Positions 7,639-17,507 of a DNA stretch of 51,430 nt are shown in pieces. A model generated the notes under the pieces. It saw only the letters and a list, made by a program, of their open reading frames with translations. It was not told where the DNA came from and did not search any database. This DNA comes from a virus. Its lineage: Duplodnaviria; Caudoviricetes. A program made the translations under genes and the position numbers. The stretch covers positions 1-51,430 of the IMG/VR virus record IMGVR_UViG_3300032225_002734; one strand, 5' to 3'. Each line of letters opens with the position of its first letter. Position 1 is the first letter of the stretch.

Positions 7639-10204
7639 TTTTTAATTCGCTAAGTTTCATATATATTTTATGGTCTTGAATTGCGATTATTTCCGCAAAA
7701 ACAGCATTTTCTTTCTTAGTTCCTTTAACTATAACTATATTTTTTTCTTGATAATTTTTATTATTATTCAAAGATTTGTTGCTCTCTATGAAATCATTAA
7801 ATAAAAGCGTATCAATTGTATTCGTTTCATCACCGATTTTAATCCTACAAAATTTTGTTTTTCTTTCATTTTGCGCCACTCCTGTATACACATCTATTAC
7901 TTCTCCAATAAAGTATACTTTTGCGCCAAACGGTGCGTCCATTATTTGTTGAACCGATGAAAGCTGTTGATTTTTTTCTGCAAAAATATCTCTTAAAGTT
8001 TTTTCGTAAGTATACCCTAAAAGCCTTTTTTCGTAATACCAATTTGCGAAACTTTCACTTTTGCTATTTTGATTGTATATGTTTAAATATGGTTCATATT
8101 TTTTCTTTATAGTATCTAATCTCGAAGTTTTTATTATAACTTTGCACTTTTCATCAGTAAATTTATTTAAATGTTTTATAATTTTAATTAAATCAAAATC
8201 AAATTGTTCTCCAAAAGATATGCAGAATTTTTTTTCTTTTGCGTTCAAAATGTTCCATAATTGGGCTTCTAGGACTATTTTACTTCTGGATTGTTTGAAC
8301 CCCGTAAGAGCTCCTGCTTGTATTAAAGAGCATAAAACACCGATGTTTAGGTCCGCCTCTTCTGCTGCTTGGAATATTTCAAATTTATTAGAGTATTTAT
8401 TTCTAAAACTGTTCAGCTTTTCTATAGATTTATCTGAAATTCCTTTAACAGAAAGAAGTCCAAATCTAATGTCATCATTTTCAATCGAAAAATCCATATC
8501 AGATTTAATAATATGAGGTCTTAATAATTTAATATTAAATGCGCCCATTTCTTTTTGAATTTTTGATATTTCCCCTATCGGATCTGGTTCATGTCTGGTC
8601 ATCTTTAATAAAGACAAAAAGAATTCTTTCGGATAATTAAATTTTAAATATATTGTGCAAGCAGCCAAAGCTGCATAAGCTATAGAGTGCGACTTATTGA
8701 AAGAATAATTGGCCGAGTCTTCTAAAATTTTCCATAAAATCTGTCCAACTTCTTTGGGCAAGTTATTTTCTTTGATTTTTAATTCAATTTTCTTTTTCCA
8801 AGCTTTAATTTCTTCCGTTTTCTTTTTGCCCACAATTCTTCTTAAAATTTCTGCTTCGTCCAAAGTGAACCCAATTTTATTTGCCATTTGCATCAACTGT
8901 TCTTGATAAAGAGCTACACCCCCTGTCTGTTTTAAGATATCATCAAAGAATGGGTGAATAACTTCATATTGCTGAGCATTGGTATATCTTGAATAAGTAT
9001 CAGCGAAATCCAAGGCTCCTGGTCTAGCCAAGGCTAAAACCGCGCTCAGTTCTTCAAGATTTTTAGGTTTCACTTTCTGGCATACTCTAAAATTAGTGTC
9101 TGCTTCAATTTGAAATAATCCATGTGGCGTTTTTAGGTCTTGCAAAACTCTATATATCGATGGGTCATTTAAGTCTATATCTGTTATTTTTATCCCTATC
9201 TGCTTACAAACGTCATCTACTACGGACACGCTTCTTAGCCCCAAAATATCAAGTTTTATATTGAACAGCGAAACCCAGTTCATATCAAATGATGATACAG
9301 ACTCTTTATCGCTCGAAAATTCTGTGGGGCACGAATCTTCTAATTTAGAATTAGACAATAAAACGCCAGAAGGATGAACTCCTTTGTTTTTAATCAAATT
9401 TCTTAACTTTAAAGCGGTATCATATATAGCTTTATTTTCATCACACCATTTTTTGAATTTAGGGACTTCATTATACGCCTCTTCTATATCTTTCACCTGT
9501 CCAAAAATTTTTGGTATAAGCGCGGAGACTGAAGTCATCTCTTGGTCAGATTTTTCTCCTATTATTTTACCGCATTCTTTAATAAGAAGCCTACCACTTA
9601 AGCTGTTCAAAGTTAAAATTTTACTAGTTTTTCCTTTAAATTTTTCTTCTAAATGCTGCAAAACCTTGTGTCTATTATAATAGCAAATATCTAAATCGAC
9701 GTCGCACATCAAGGCGCCGTCTAAATAGGTTATATTATCAATAATTTGCTTTTTAGCTCGAATTTTTGATATAAATCTTTCAAAGTAAAGATTATATTTT
9801 AAACTATCTATTTGCGTAACGCCTATTAAAAATAATATTAATGAACCAGCGGCAGAGCCTCGTCCCAACCCTACGGGAATATTATTTTCTTTACAATAAT
9901 TAATTACATACCAAACTAATAAAATATAATCTATAAATCCTAGCTCTTGGATTGTTTCAAGTTCGTGTTTTATTCTCGCAATATATTCATGATGTTCTTT
10001 GGAGTCATTTTTTAAATTTAATTTTTTAAGCCCTTTTAAGGTCAAGGCTCTTAAAAATTCATAATTATAAGCGTCTTCGCTGATTCCGACTTCATGTTTA
10101 TACTTAAGATCGATATAAAATTCAGGGAGTCTTACTCCATGAAGGGGTAAATTTATATCAGAGAATTGTTCTCCAAAAGATTTTTGATTAATTAAATTCT
10201 CCAT
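7628..10204 (-). CDS. dnaE: DNA polymerase III alpha subunit, polymerase core lacking N-terminal PHP domain
   Basis: GRGSAAGSL, FERFI, DVDLD, HPSGV, KLDILGL, RPG, YQEQLMQ, YSFNKSHS, C-terminal OB-fold-like region. Confidence 0.95.
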   Translation of the reverse strand: MENLINQKSFGEQFSDINLPLHGVRLPEFYIDLKYKHEVGISEDAYNYEFLRALTLKGLKKLNLKNDSKEHHEYIARIKHELETIQELGFIDYILLVWYVINYCKENNIPVGLGRGSAAGSLILFLIGVTQIDSLKYNLYFERFISKIRAKKQIIDNITYLDGALMCDVDLDICYYNRHKVLQHLEEKFKGKTSKILTLNSLSGRLLIKECGKIIGEKSDQEMTSVSALIPKIFGQVKDIEEAYNEVPKFKKWCDENKAIYDTALKLRNLIKNKGVHPSGVLLSNSKLEDSCPTEFSSDKESVSSFDMNWVSLFNIKLDILGLRSVSVVDDVCKQIGIKITDIDLNDPSIYRVLQDLKTPHGLFQIEADTNFRVCQKVKPKNLEELSAVLALARPGALDFADTYSRYTNAQQYEVIHPFFDDILKQTGGVALYQEQLMQMANKIGFTLDEAEILRRIVGKKKTEEIKAWKKKIELKIKENNLPKEVGQILWKILEDSANYSFNKSHSIAYAALAACTIYLKFNYPKEFFLSLLKMTRHEPDPIGEISKIQKEMGAFNIKLLRPHIIKSDMDFSIENDDIRFGLLSVKGISDKSIEKLNSFRNKYSNKFEIFQAAEEADLNIGVLCSLIQAGALTGFKQSRSKIVLEAQLWNILNAKEKKFCISFGEQFDFDLIKIIKHLNKFTDEKCKVIIKTSRLDTIKKKYEPYLNIYNQNSKSESFANWYYEKRLLGYTYEKTLRDIFAEKNQQLSSVQQIMDAPFGAKVYFIGEVIDVYTGVAQNERKTKFCRIKIGDETNTIDTLLFNDFIESNKSLNNNKNYQEKNIVIVKGTKKENAVFAEIIAIQDHKIYMKLSELKIDK

Positions 10205-10415
10205 TGTCTTTCTTTTTTTCTATTTCTTCACTAAAGGCTTTTAATCCCTTTGATAGGATTTTCAATGAGTTGTCATTCTTTAAATTAAAGAAGATATCTG
10301 CTTTGCCCTGTTTTTCCCCCTTTTGTATGCTTATTAGTAAATACTCTATATCTCTTTTGTCCAAAAGATCTACTGCATCATAAATATAATCTAGTGAGGA
10401 CATATTAAATATCAA
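10188..10415 (-). CDS. Small hypothetical protein within split-polymerase cluster
   Basis: 75-aa ORF (likely ATG at 10403) between exonuclease and dnaE. Confidence 0.6.
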   Translation of the reverse strand: MIFNMSSLDYIYDAVDLLDKRDIEYLLISIQKGEKQGKADIFFNLKNDNSLKILSKGLKAFSEEIEKKKDNGEFN

Positions 10416-11085
10416 CTTGCCATTTCAATTTATTCCATATTTTTAAATTTAAGTCAAGATCATTTAGCGCATCATGCAATTTTTCGTAATCATGGTCTAT
10501 GCCATTTTCTTTGCCAAGCGTCGTCAAAGAGCTTTTGACATCTTTTCTTTTTGTATGATATATTTTATATTGATATTCTAAAAAATTGTCGATTCTTTTA
10601 TACGGAGTATTATATTTAATTCCTCTAGCCAAACAATTTGTATCTATGATTTTATTCATTAAATGCTCCCAATGACAGCCCATCTTTTTATATAAATCTT
10701 TTATTAAGTAAATATCGAACCCTAAAATATTGTGTCCCACAATATAATCCGCATGATCAAGCCAATCTTTTATCGTTGGAAAAACCTCTTCTATTTTTAC
10801 CCCAATTTTTTTCATTTTATTATGATCATACCTAGTTATTCTGGCTGCATCTTCACTAATTTTAAGATCTGTATCCCAATTAATATAATAATTTTTACTG
10901 TCAATTTTAAAATCGCCTTTAGCTTTTATCATGCCTACTTGCCATGGTAAATTGTGGCAAAAATTTAAACACAAATTAAAAGTTTCACAATCGATAAAAA
11001 TATACGTTTTGTTTTTATCGTATCTTAATAAATGCTCATCCATTTTTAATAGCCTCCATCCAGCTTTCAAAAGAAAAATCGTCAC
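10405..11085 (-). CDS. DEDDh 3'-5' exonuclease (DnaQ/epsilon-like); likely start at 11043
   Basis: FIDCET, GHNILGFD, HDALND. Confidence 0.9.
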   Translation of the reverse strand: MTIFLLKAGWRLLKMDEHLLRYDKNKTYIFIDCETFNLCLNFCHNLPWQVGMIKAKGDFKIDSKNYYINWDTDLKISEDAARITRYDHNKMKKIGVKIEEVFPTIKDWLDHADYIVGHNILGFDIYLIKDLYKKMGCHWEHLMNKIIDTNCLARGIKYNTPYKRIDNFLEYQYKIYHTKRKDVKSSLTTLGKENGIDHDYEKLHDALNDLDLNLKIWNKLKWQVDI

Positions 11086-11800
11086 TAGTCATATGCTCGA
11101 TCTCGGGTTTATTTAGAGTAGTTCGAGCGTTAATGCATCTAAAAGTTAAATATGCTTTGAAATCTTTTTTTGATTTATAATATATGCTTTTTGTTTTTAA
11201 AATATTATTTTTATTTCGTTTTGTATATTCTATTATTTTCGATTGTATTAATCTGTCAAATGGAAGATTATTATCTTCAAAAAAGAAAATAGGCGCGCAA
11301 AAATCAATTTGTGGAGTGCATAATGAATTTCTTAATAAATTATTAAATATAAAAGAATCATAAAATGGTATGCAGAGAATCAAATCTTTCTCATCCCAAA
11401 TAGATCTTAGAGTTTTATAATCCATCCTTGGCTCGTAGTAGAATCCATATTTTGCCGCAGTACTAAATATTTTAATTAATTTTTTGTAACCATTTTCATT
11501 TTTGAAAAAAATAACAAATTTTGAATTCTTTATTCTACTTTCGTCTGTTTTGTCTTCCATGTTATCCGTCACAGTAATTCTCAATCCGTATTTTAAATTA
11601 ATATTATTTTTCTTGCAATTCGTATATGCTTGTAAAAATGATGTCATATTGTCTTCTACAACGTATAAATTTTTAAAATCATTTTCTTTGGCTATATTAA
11701 TAATAGAATCTGGGTATAGCTCTGATTCTATTTCGTCTTCAAAAGTCAATATAGATCTTCCAATACTATAATGAGATTTAAATAGGGGTATTATATCCAT
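11036..11800 (-). CDS. Stand-alone PHP domain of DNA polymerase III alpha
   Basis: FKSHYSIGRS, VVEDNM, LKYGLRI, KNENGYKKLIKI, YYEPRMD match the N-terminal PHP of DnaE. Confidence 0.85.
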   Translation of the reverse strand: MDIIPLFKSHYSIGRSILTFEDEIESELYPDSIINIAKENDFKNLYVVEDNMTSFLQAYTNCKKNNINLKYGLRITVTDNMEDKTDESRIKNSKFVIFFKNENGYKKLIKIFSTAAKYGFYYEPRMDYKTLRSIWDEKDLILCIPFYDSFIFNNLLRNSLCTPQIDFCAPIFFFEDNNLPFDRLIQSKIIEYTKRNKNNILKTKSIYYKSKKDFKAYLTFRCINARTTLNKPEIEHMTSDDFSFESWMEAIKNG

Positions 11801-11806
11801 AGGTTA

Positions 11807-11834
11807 ATTATATTTATAATATTTATCCTGTCAA
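11807..11834 (-). promoter_or_regulatory. Sigma70-like promoter, leaderless
   Basis: TTGACA-16-TATAAT, 6 nt before ATG at 11800. Confidence 0.7.
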
Positions 11835-12817
11835 TCTAAAAAATCATCTTTTTTTTGTTCATTATTTGGCATATTCGATTTCCACCTTGGGCATCCATTG
11901 TAATTTCTTTTTTCTATTTTAAATCCTTCAGTTTTTTTGAAATTATTCTCCAAATTAGATTCAACAATTTCATTTTTATCATTTAATTTAACATAATATT
12001 CGTAAGAATCTTTATAGGGGCATTTCCAACTCCCAATCTGACACATCCATTTATTTTTATCATTATCTGCCGCAAAATTTGTTTTAGCAGAATTTTCATC
12101 AAATTTATTTATATAATCATTAACATGCTCTAGATAGTGCTCGAATCCTTTGATTTGTTCTTCTGTAAAGACTAGTTCTTGTATAGGCTGTTTGGGGAAT
12201 CTTAAGAATAAAAATTTAACTATAGGTTTTAATTTAGGCCATAGTTTTAAACTAGCGAGACTATACATCATAGCTTGAATATTCGCCTGTAAATCATCTC
12301 CTCTAAATTTATATTTAGAGCTTTTATAATCAATAATATGCATTTCTTTTTTCTTTTTGATTGGCTTATCAATAAATCCTTTGATATGATATTTTGGATC
12401 ATCGTTTTTTATTTCAAATGGATATTCTGCTTGTATTATTTTGCCGCCTTTGCCAAAAAAGTCATGTTTTAAGCCGACCATAATCATTTGATTTAAAATG
12501 TCAAAATTAGATTCGTCGAGTCCTACTCTGTATTTTAATTTTTTAACTAATTTTTTAACTGCCGCGCTTCCCTCTATTGAGTTTTTTTCTATTATTTTTT
12601 CGTAATGATGTTTATGTTTTGGATTTAAAAGTAGCTCAAAGATAGTATGACATATTGTGCCCCTAAGAGCCCCATCATTTTGGGTTTGAGGTACTTTTGC
12701 GTGATAATTATTCCAATAAACCCAAGAGCAAGTTTCTAGAGTTTTTATTCTAGAGGCGGATAAAATTTTATTTTTTTCTTCTATTGATTTATTTTTGTTC
12801 ATTTGTATTGATTTCAC
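11831..12817 (-). CDS. PD-(D/E)XK nuclease, RecB/AddB/Cas4-like
   Basis: LSASRIKTLETC, RGTICH, GFID, IIDYKSS, QAMMY, C-terminal cysteines. Confidence 0.85.
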   Translation of the reverse strand: MKSIQMNKNKSIEEKNKILSASRIKTLETCSWVYWNNYHAKVPQTQNDGALRGTICHTIFELLLNPKHKHHYEKIIEKNSIEGSAAVKKLVKKLKYRVGLDESNFDILNQMIMVGLKHDFFGKGGKIIQAEYPFEIKNDDPKYHIKGFIDKPIKKKKEMHIIDYKSSKYKFRGDDLQANIQAMMYSLASLKLWPKLKPIVKFLFLRFPKQPIQELVFTEEQIKGFEHYLEHVNDYINKFDENSAKTNFAADNDKNKWMCQIGSWKCPYKDSYEYYVKLNDKNEIVESNLENNFKKTEGFKIEKRNYNGCPRWKSNMPNNEQKKDDFLD

Positions 12818-13664
12818 TTTTAATGTTAGAAGATAGTTTATTAAAATAATTAATAAATTTTAAAATATTTAAATCGCTTGGTTTTTCTTTTGGACTTATT
12901 TCGTCCCATGGGGTATATTTTTTTTTATCAAAAATTATATTATTTAATTCATCATACAGACCATAACAAAAATGATAAAAAGATGGATTTTTCGACCCAA
13001 AAATAACAAAACTGGTTGCATCAAAGAGCTCCGATTTTATGCCAAGTTCTCCAAGGGCATATACTAATCCATACATCTCACAAATCCATTCTTTATATAA
13101 GGGATTATCTTTGTGTTTATGGTATCTGAAAAAATAAGTCAATTGAAACCATCTATCAATAATATTTCTTAATATATTTTCGTCTAAGAATATCGGGGAG
13201 CCAATTGGTCTTAGGTAATTTTCAATTATATTTTCATTAATATATTTTTTATAAAAATAGAAGGTTTTCTTTGCGGTGTGGTCTAGGTTAATGTCTAAAT
13301 ACCCATAATTTTGACCGGCTACGGGAGAGTCTATTAAAAATTTATTTATTAATAAAAAGTCTTGATCAAGTATGATAATTTTACGATTTTTATTTTGACT
13401 GTTTTTTAAGAAATCCCAAATTAATGTGATTCTATTGAATGGACTATAGTAATCTCCTTCTACAAGGATTTTTTTTATTTTTTTAGAGCATAAAAAAAAT
13501 GGATACCTAGGTCTTTTAAAATTTTTTTCGTTCATAACTGCTGCGATAAATTTAATTCTTTTTTCATTTTTATATACATTTAAAAAAGATTCATATAATA
13601 TATTCGTTTGCCAGTCAACATAGGCGCTATTGTCTTTGGCTACTAAAAAAACAATTTCATTCAT
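12789..13664 (-). CDS. Plant HPAT/SGT1-like (GT95/GT96) protein O-glycosyltransferase
   Basis: YVDWQTNILYESF, DYYSPFNR, ILDQD, YGYL, IGSPI, WICEMYG, HFCYG, FDKKKY in the same order as plant HPAT/SGT1 motifs. Confidence 0.7.
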   Translation of the reverse strand: MNEIVFLVAKDNSAYVDWQTNILYESFLNVYKNEKRIKFIAAVMNEKNFKRPRYPFFLCSKKIKKILVEGDYYSPFNRITLIWDFLKNSQNKNRKIIILDQDFLLINKFLIDSPVAGQNYGYLDINLDHTAKKTFYFYKKYINENIIENYLRPIGSPIFLDENILRNIIDRWFQLTYFFRYHKHKDNPLYKEWICEMYGLVYALGELGIKSELFDATSFVIFGSKNPSFYHFCYGLYDELNNIIFDKKKYTPWDEISPKEKPSDLNILKFINYFNKLSSNIKSEINTNEQK

Positions 13665-13668
13665 AATT

Positions 13669-14571
13669 TCATAGCCAAGACAAGATTTCTTGCTTGTTCA
13701 TTTCTCCAAAATCTTTTCTTGTTGGCAATTTTATTTCTAATTGATTTTTATCAAAATATCTTAATAATTTATTTATAGCCTTTTGCGAAGCATTATTACC
13801 TGCTTGATTTTTTTCTACATCGTTATTGAATGATATATAAATTTTATTAGGATCAATTTTTAGTAATAAATTTAATATAGATATACTGATTTCTAGACCA
13901 AAAGTCACTACAATATTTTTTACGCCACAGTCCCATAAGGCTAAACAATCACCAATGCTTTCTATAATGTAGATCTCCTTTTTTTCTTTTAAAATTTCTA
14001 AATTCAAAAAAGTTGGATATATCCAATTAGATTTGTCTCCGAGATGCTTCCATTTGATTTTACTTTCGTTTGTGATGTCTCTGCCTGAAAAGCCAAGAAT
14101 TTCATCTTTATTATTAATAATTGGAAATACGTATCTATTTTTCATTTTTCCAGCTTTAGCTAGACCGCCTTTAAATAATTTTAAAGTTTGTTCATTTACC
14201 CCTCTGTTAATCCAGTAATCATGATTATTTTCTAGTTTAAGAAGTAAGTCTTTATCAAATATTTTTTTATCTTTTATTTTCGGCTGCTCATTTTGATTGA
14301 TTGGATTATGACAGTAATTCTTTTGTTTCAGCCAAGTTTTAGCCTGATCTTCAGATTCGAGTTTTAAGCTTTTTTTAATTAATAATGGAAAATCTCCGCT
14401 TATATTTTCTTTGAAATCAACCCAAAAACCAGTATCTTTATATATTCTTAATACAGTATCGTTGTCGCTTTCTCTGTATAGAGGTTTGGTCCTGTATTCT
14501 CTCCCGCAATCCTTCAAAGAATAGCCTATATTAGTAAGTATTTGATATATATTATTTATGTTTTGTTCCAT
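13669..14571 (-). CDS. DnaG-like DNA primase (TOPRIM)
   Basis: YWINRGV, NRYVFPI, GFSGR, KWKH, IIESIGDCL, KDFGEM; near dnaB. Confidence 0.85.
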   Translation of the reverse strand: MEQNINNIYQILTNIGYSLKDCGREYRTKPLYRESDNDTVLRIYKDTGFWVDFKENISGDFPLLIKKSLKLESEDQAKTWLKQKNYCHNPINQNEQPKIKDKKIFDKDLLLKLENNHDYWINRGVNEQTLKLFKGGLAKAGKMKNRYVFPIINNKDEILGFSGRDITNESKIKWKHLGDKSNWIYPTFLNLEILKEKKEIYIIESIGDCLALWDCGVKNIVVTFGLEISISILNLLLKIDPNKIYISFNNDVEKNQAGNNASQKAINKLLRYFDKNQLEIKLPTRKDFGEMNKQEILSWL

Positions 14572-15215
14572 TCTAATGCCTCTGATATTGTCGGAAATTT
14601 ATATATAAAAATATTTTTACATTCTTCCGCGATTATCCTATGCTCTTTTTGGGTGTTCTTTTCTGTTCTTAAATTTATATAATGTATCCAAGATCTTAAA
14701 GAGCCTTTCATATAAATAGTTGTTTGGGTTGTAAGCGGCAAAATCATTCTAGCTACTTCTTTAGCTATACCATTTTCAAGCATAGATTGATAGCAATTAT
14801 CGCTCAAAGCTAAAACTTCTGCTATTTGATGATTTATGGCATTATACGCTGGACTATTTTTCGGGAGCAAATTTTCACCAACTTGCCTATTTTTATGACC
14901 TTGTAATCTTAATTCTATATCTTCATACTCCGTCATCGGGCTATATCTTAAACTAAATTCTTGGAAAGAAAAAGACTTATGTCTTAGAATTTGCGCAGCA
15001 ATCGCTCTGCTAGTTTTAATTTCTATTGTCATATCTACCATCTCTAATGGTGACCAGTGTTTATGCTGGATTAAAAATTTTAATAATTTTGGCGCAGTTT
15101 CTGTATTCATTTGATTAGTTGGGCTACTTACCCTAGCGCAATAAGCTATTAAATCTTCTGAATTATTTATACCAATAATATCTGGCTTTGTGGAAGAGAC
15201 GAATTTAGTATTCAT
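14556..15215 (-). CDS. thyX: FAD-dependent thymidylate synthase
   Basis: ARVS, HWSPLEM, QILRHKSFSFQEFSLRY, EVARMILP, TQKEHR. Confidence 0.95.
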   Translation of the reverse strand: MNTKFVSSTKPDIIGINNSEDLIAYCARVSSPTNQMNTETAPKLLKFLIQHKHWSPLEMVDMTIEIKTSRAIAAQILRHKSFSFQEFSLRYSPMTEYEDIELRLQGHKNRQVGENLLPKNSPAYNAINHQIAEVLALSDNCYQSMLENGIAKEVARMILPLTTQTTIYMKGSLRSWIHYINLRTEKNTQKEHRIIAEECKNIFIYKFPTISEALEWNKT

Positions 15216-16696
15216 AAAATTTCTCCATCATTTTGATTTCTGTCGTTTAATTCATATTGCTCTCTTTGCCTTTGCGCTATTGTTTGTAACGAGCCTCTTT
15301 CTTCTATTCTAAAATTATGAACGTTATAATTTAAATAATTTTGCGCCCAAATTTGTTTACCGCTAGGATCAAGTCTTCTTACCAAATCTTGGTGTCCCGC
15401 AGCCTCTTTGCCTTGAAATCTTGTTTTTGTGGGTATCAATTTATGGGTGCCAAATTCTTGACCATCCAAAGCTAATTCATCTAAAGTTTTTCTTCTAAAA
15501 ATAGCCACAAAAGACGCGAACCATTGTAACCTATCTGATAAAGCTATAACAGAACTATCATCGACTACATTCGCGGCGGTTCTATTAAAATTTTCTCCGG
15601 TTCGATTTAATTGCATGGCCGTTACTATTGGGCATTGTATTTCTTCAGAAATTCTTTTTAGCTTGTCAATTTTTTGACCTATAGCTTGATGCTCTGCCCA
15701 GTTTTGGCCGACTTTTTCTCCAGTAAGTTTGACATAATCATACGCAATCAAAGCTTGATTTCCTCTGCCGACCTTAGAAAGATACCATCTCCTAATAATC
15801 GAACATATTTGATCTATGTTTTTGCTCCCGACATGGTAATGATAGTATTCCTGATTTTTGACCACGCTCCATGCACTTCTGACTTTGGTGGTCATTTCTT
15901 CGTTTTTTCTCCAATTTCCGGTTTCTAAATACCACATTGGTACGTCTGTCATTGATGATATCATTCTTAACTGAATATCTAAAGTTTGCATTTCTGTGTC
16001 TAAAATTAAAGTTTTTGTTTTATTTTGAGATATTTTGCTTGTTTTTAAACATATATCATTTATCCACGTTGATTTTCCTTGTCCAGGTCTACTAACTATA
16101 GCATATATATTGCCGTTTTTTAATCCGCCATATAATTTGTTAAATTCTTGATATGGTGTGACTAATCCTACCTCTTCTTTTGGAGAGTTTCCTATTTCTT
16201 CTATAATATCTTCTACGTTTTCAAAAAGATTTACGGGGTCTTCATTGGATTCATATGAAGAAATTTTATCATTATAAATTGCATCTGCTTCAGATATAAT
16301 TTTGTCAATAGATTCTTCATTGTTTTGCGATACATATTTTTTAAGTTTTTCGGCGGTTTCGCATATTTCTCTCCGAATTCTTAATTTCATTAGTTCTTTA
16401 CAAGCATTCATTGTAGCTTCTTCTGTAATTTGAGAGAAGGTCAAATTGTCTATATAATCGTAGATATTTATATCGTCTTTAAATGATATTCCTAAATTTT
16501 TAATTTTCTCCGCTAAAAGCACTTTATCAACTTTTTCTCCTTTATATTTTGTGTTTTTATAGACCGCGTATATGGTCGAATGCACATCGTGATAAAAATC
16601 ATTTTCAGATAAAAAAATATCTATATCTGTAAATAAATTTTGATATTTTATTAATCCGCTTAATACATGGCGCTCAATTTGTAAAGAATAAATCAT
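15212..16696 (-). CDS. dnaB: Replicative DNA helicase
   Basis: Walker A SRPGQGKST, DTEM, YDYVKL, MQLNR; DnaB N-terminal domain. Confidence 0.9.
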   Translation of the reverse strand: MIYSLQIERHVLSGLIKYQNLFTDIDIFLSENDFYHDVHSTIYAVYKNTKYKGEKVDKVLLAEKIKNLGISFKDDINIYDYIDNLTFSQITEEATMNACKELMKLRIRREICETAEKLKKYVSQNNEESIDKIISEADAIYNDKISSYESNEDPVNLFENVEDIIEEIGNSPKEEVGLVTPYQEFNKLYGGLKNGNIYAIVSRPGQGKSTWINDICLKTSKISQNKTKTLILDTEMQTLDIQLRMISSMTDVPMWYLETGNWRKNEEMTTKVRSAWSVVKNQEYYHYHVGSKNIDQICSIIRRWYLSKVGRGNQALIAYDYVKLTGEKVGQNWAEHQAIGQKIDKLKRISEEIQCPIVTAMQLNRTGENFNRTAANVVDDSSVIALSDRLQWFASFVAIFRRKTLDELALDGQEFGTHKLIPTKTRFQGKEAAGHQDLVRRLDPSGKQIWAQNYLNYNVHNFRIEERGSLQTIAQRQREQYELNDRNQNDGEIL

Positions 16697-16704
16697 TCAT
16701 ATAA

Positions 16705-16733
16705 ATCTTAACTATTTATATTTTAAAAGTCAA
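16705..16733 (-). promoter_or_regulatory. Sigma70-like promoter of dnaB
   Basis: TTGACT-17-TAAGAT, 8 nt before ATG. Confidence 0.55.
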
Positions 16734-16752
16734 GACAAGGTTTTTACTAAAA

Positions 16753-17028
16753 TCAATCTTCTTCGTCGTCTTCTGTGTGTTCTGTATTTTTTTTATTTTC
16801 TTTATTAATCGCTTCAGCCGTTGCATCAATATTCATTTGATCAACTGTGTTTATCCATGATCCGAGATAATATAATAAAGCCATTGCGTTCATTTGATTA
16901 TCGAATTTGGTAAAAACTTGAGGGTCTCCCTTATTTGTAAAATTAAACAATATATATCCCCCAAAACTGCACTCATCTAGCTGTTTTAATAACTGAGAAG
17001 GAAAATTAAAATTTTTTTTATTTGTCAC
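16753..17028 (-). CDS. Hypothetical protein with acidic tail
   Basis: 91-aa ORF with GTG start preceded by GTGTAA motif. Confidence 0.65.
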   Translation of the reverse strand: MTNKKNFNFPSQLLKQLDECSFGGYILFNFTNKGDPQVFTKFDNQMNAMALLYYLGSWINTVDQMNIDATAEAINKENKKNTEHTEDDEED

Positions 17029-17072
17029 TGTATATACTTACACATATTTTATAAGTTTAGAAAAAACAGAAA

Positions 17073-17507
17073 TCAAATAATATTTATATTAAAATTTTTA
17101 TATATATACTCTGCGTTAATTTTTTTTAGGTCTGTTTCGTACAATTCAATGAATTTAAATTCATTCATATTAAGCCATTTTTCTTTTTTTACGTCTCTTT
17201 TAATACTTTCTAGATACTTTAATCTTGAATTTTCATGGAAAAACTTATTAAAAGATTCATGCTGATTGCCTTGAATTTCTATTGCTATTTTTTTTGTAGC
17301 ATTTAAAAAATCTACTTTAAGCAGCGTGCCATAAACAGGAAATTCTTCATATACTATATGATTTTTCCAATATGGATAAAAAAATTGTTTAAATTGAAAT
17401 TGTAATTTACTTTTACTTTTCGCTTCCCATTTTATCAAATATTTTTTGACATTCTTATTGACTAATTTGTTATTAATATTTAATAGTCTCATTTTAAAAT
17501 AAACCAA
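17073..17507 (-). CDS. Vsr/DUF559-like endonuclease; likely start at 17492
   Basis: EEFPV...VDF...IAIEIQGNQH...RDVKK. Confidence 0.75.
   Translation of the reverse strand: MVYFKMRLLNINNKLVNKNVKKYLIKWEAKSKSKLQFQFKQFFYPYWKNHIVYEEFPVYGTLLKVDFLNATKKIAIEIQGNQHESFNKFFHENSRLKYLESIKRDVKKEKWLNMNEFKFIELYETDLKKINAEYIYKNFNINII

Noticed and set aside
7628-11800. Split intein or intron explaining the divided dnaE
   Set aside because: No intein N-terminal (C/S-start) or C-terminal HN motifs at the gene ends, and no non-coding gap.
11831-12817. Cas4 of a CRISPR-Cas system
   Set aside because: No repeat-spacer array or other cas genes in the window; context is replication/recombination.
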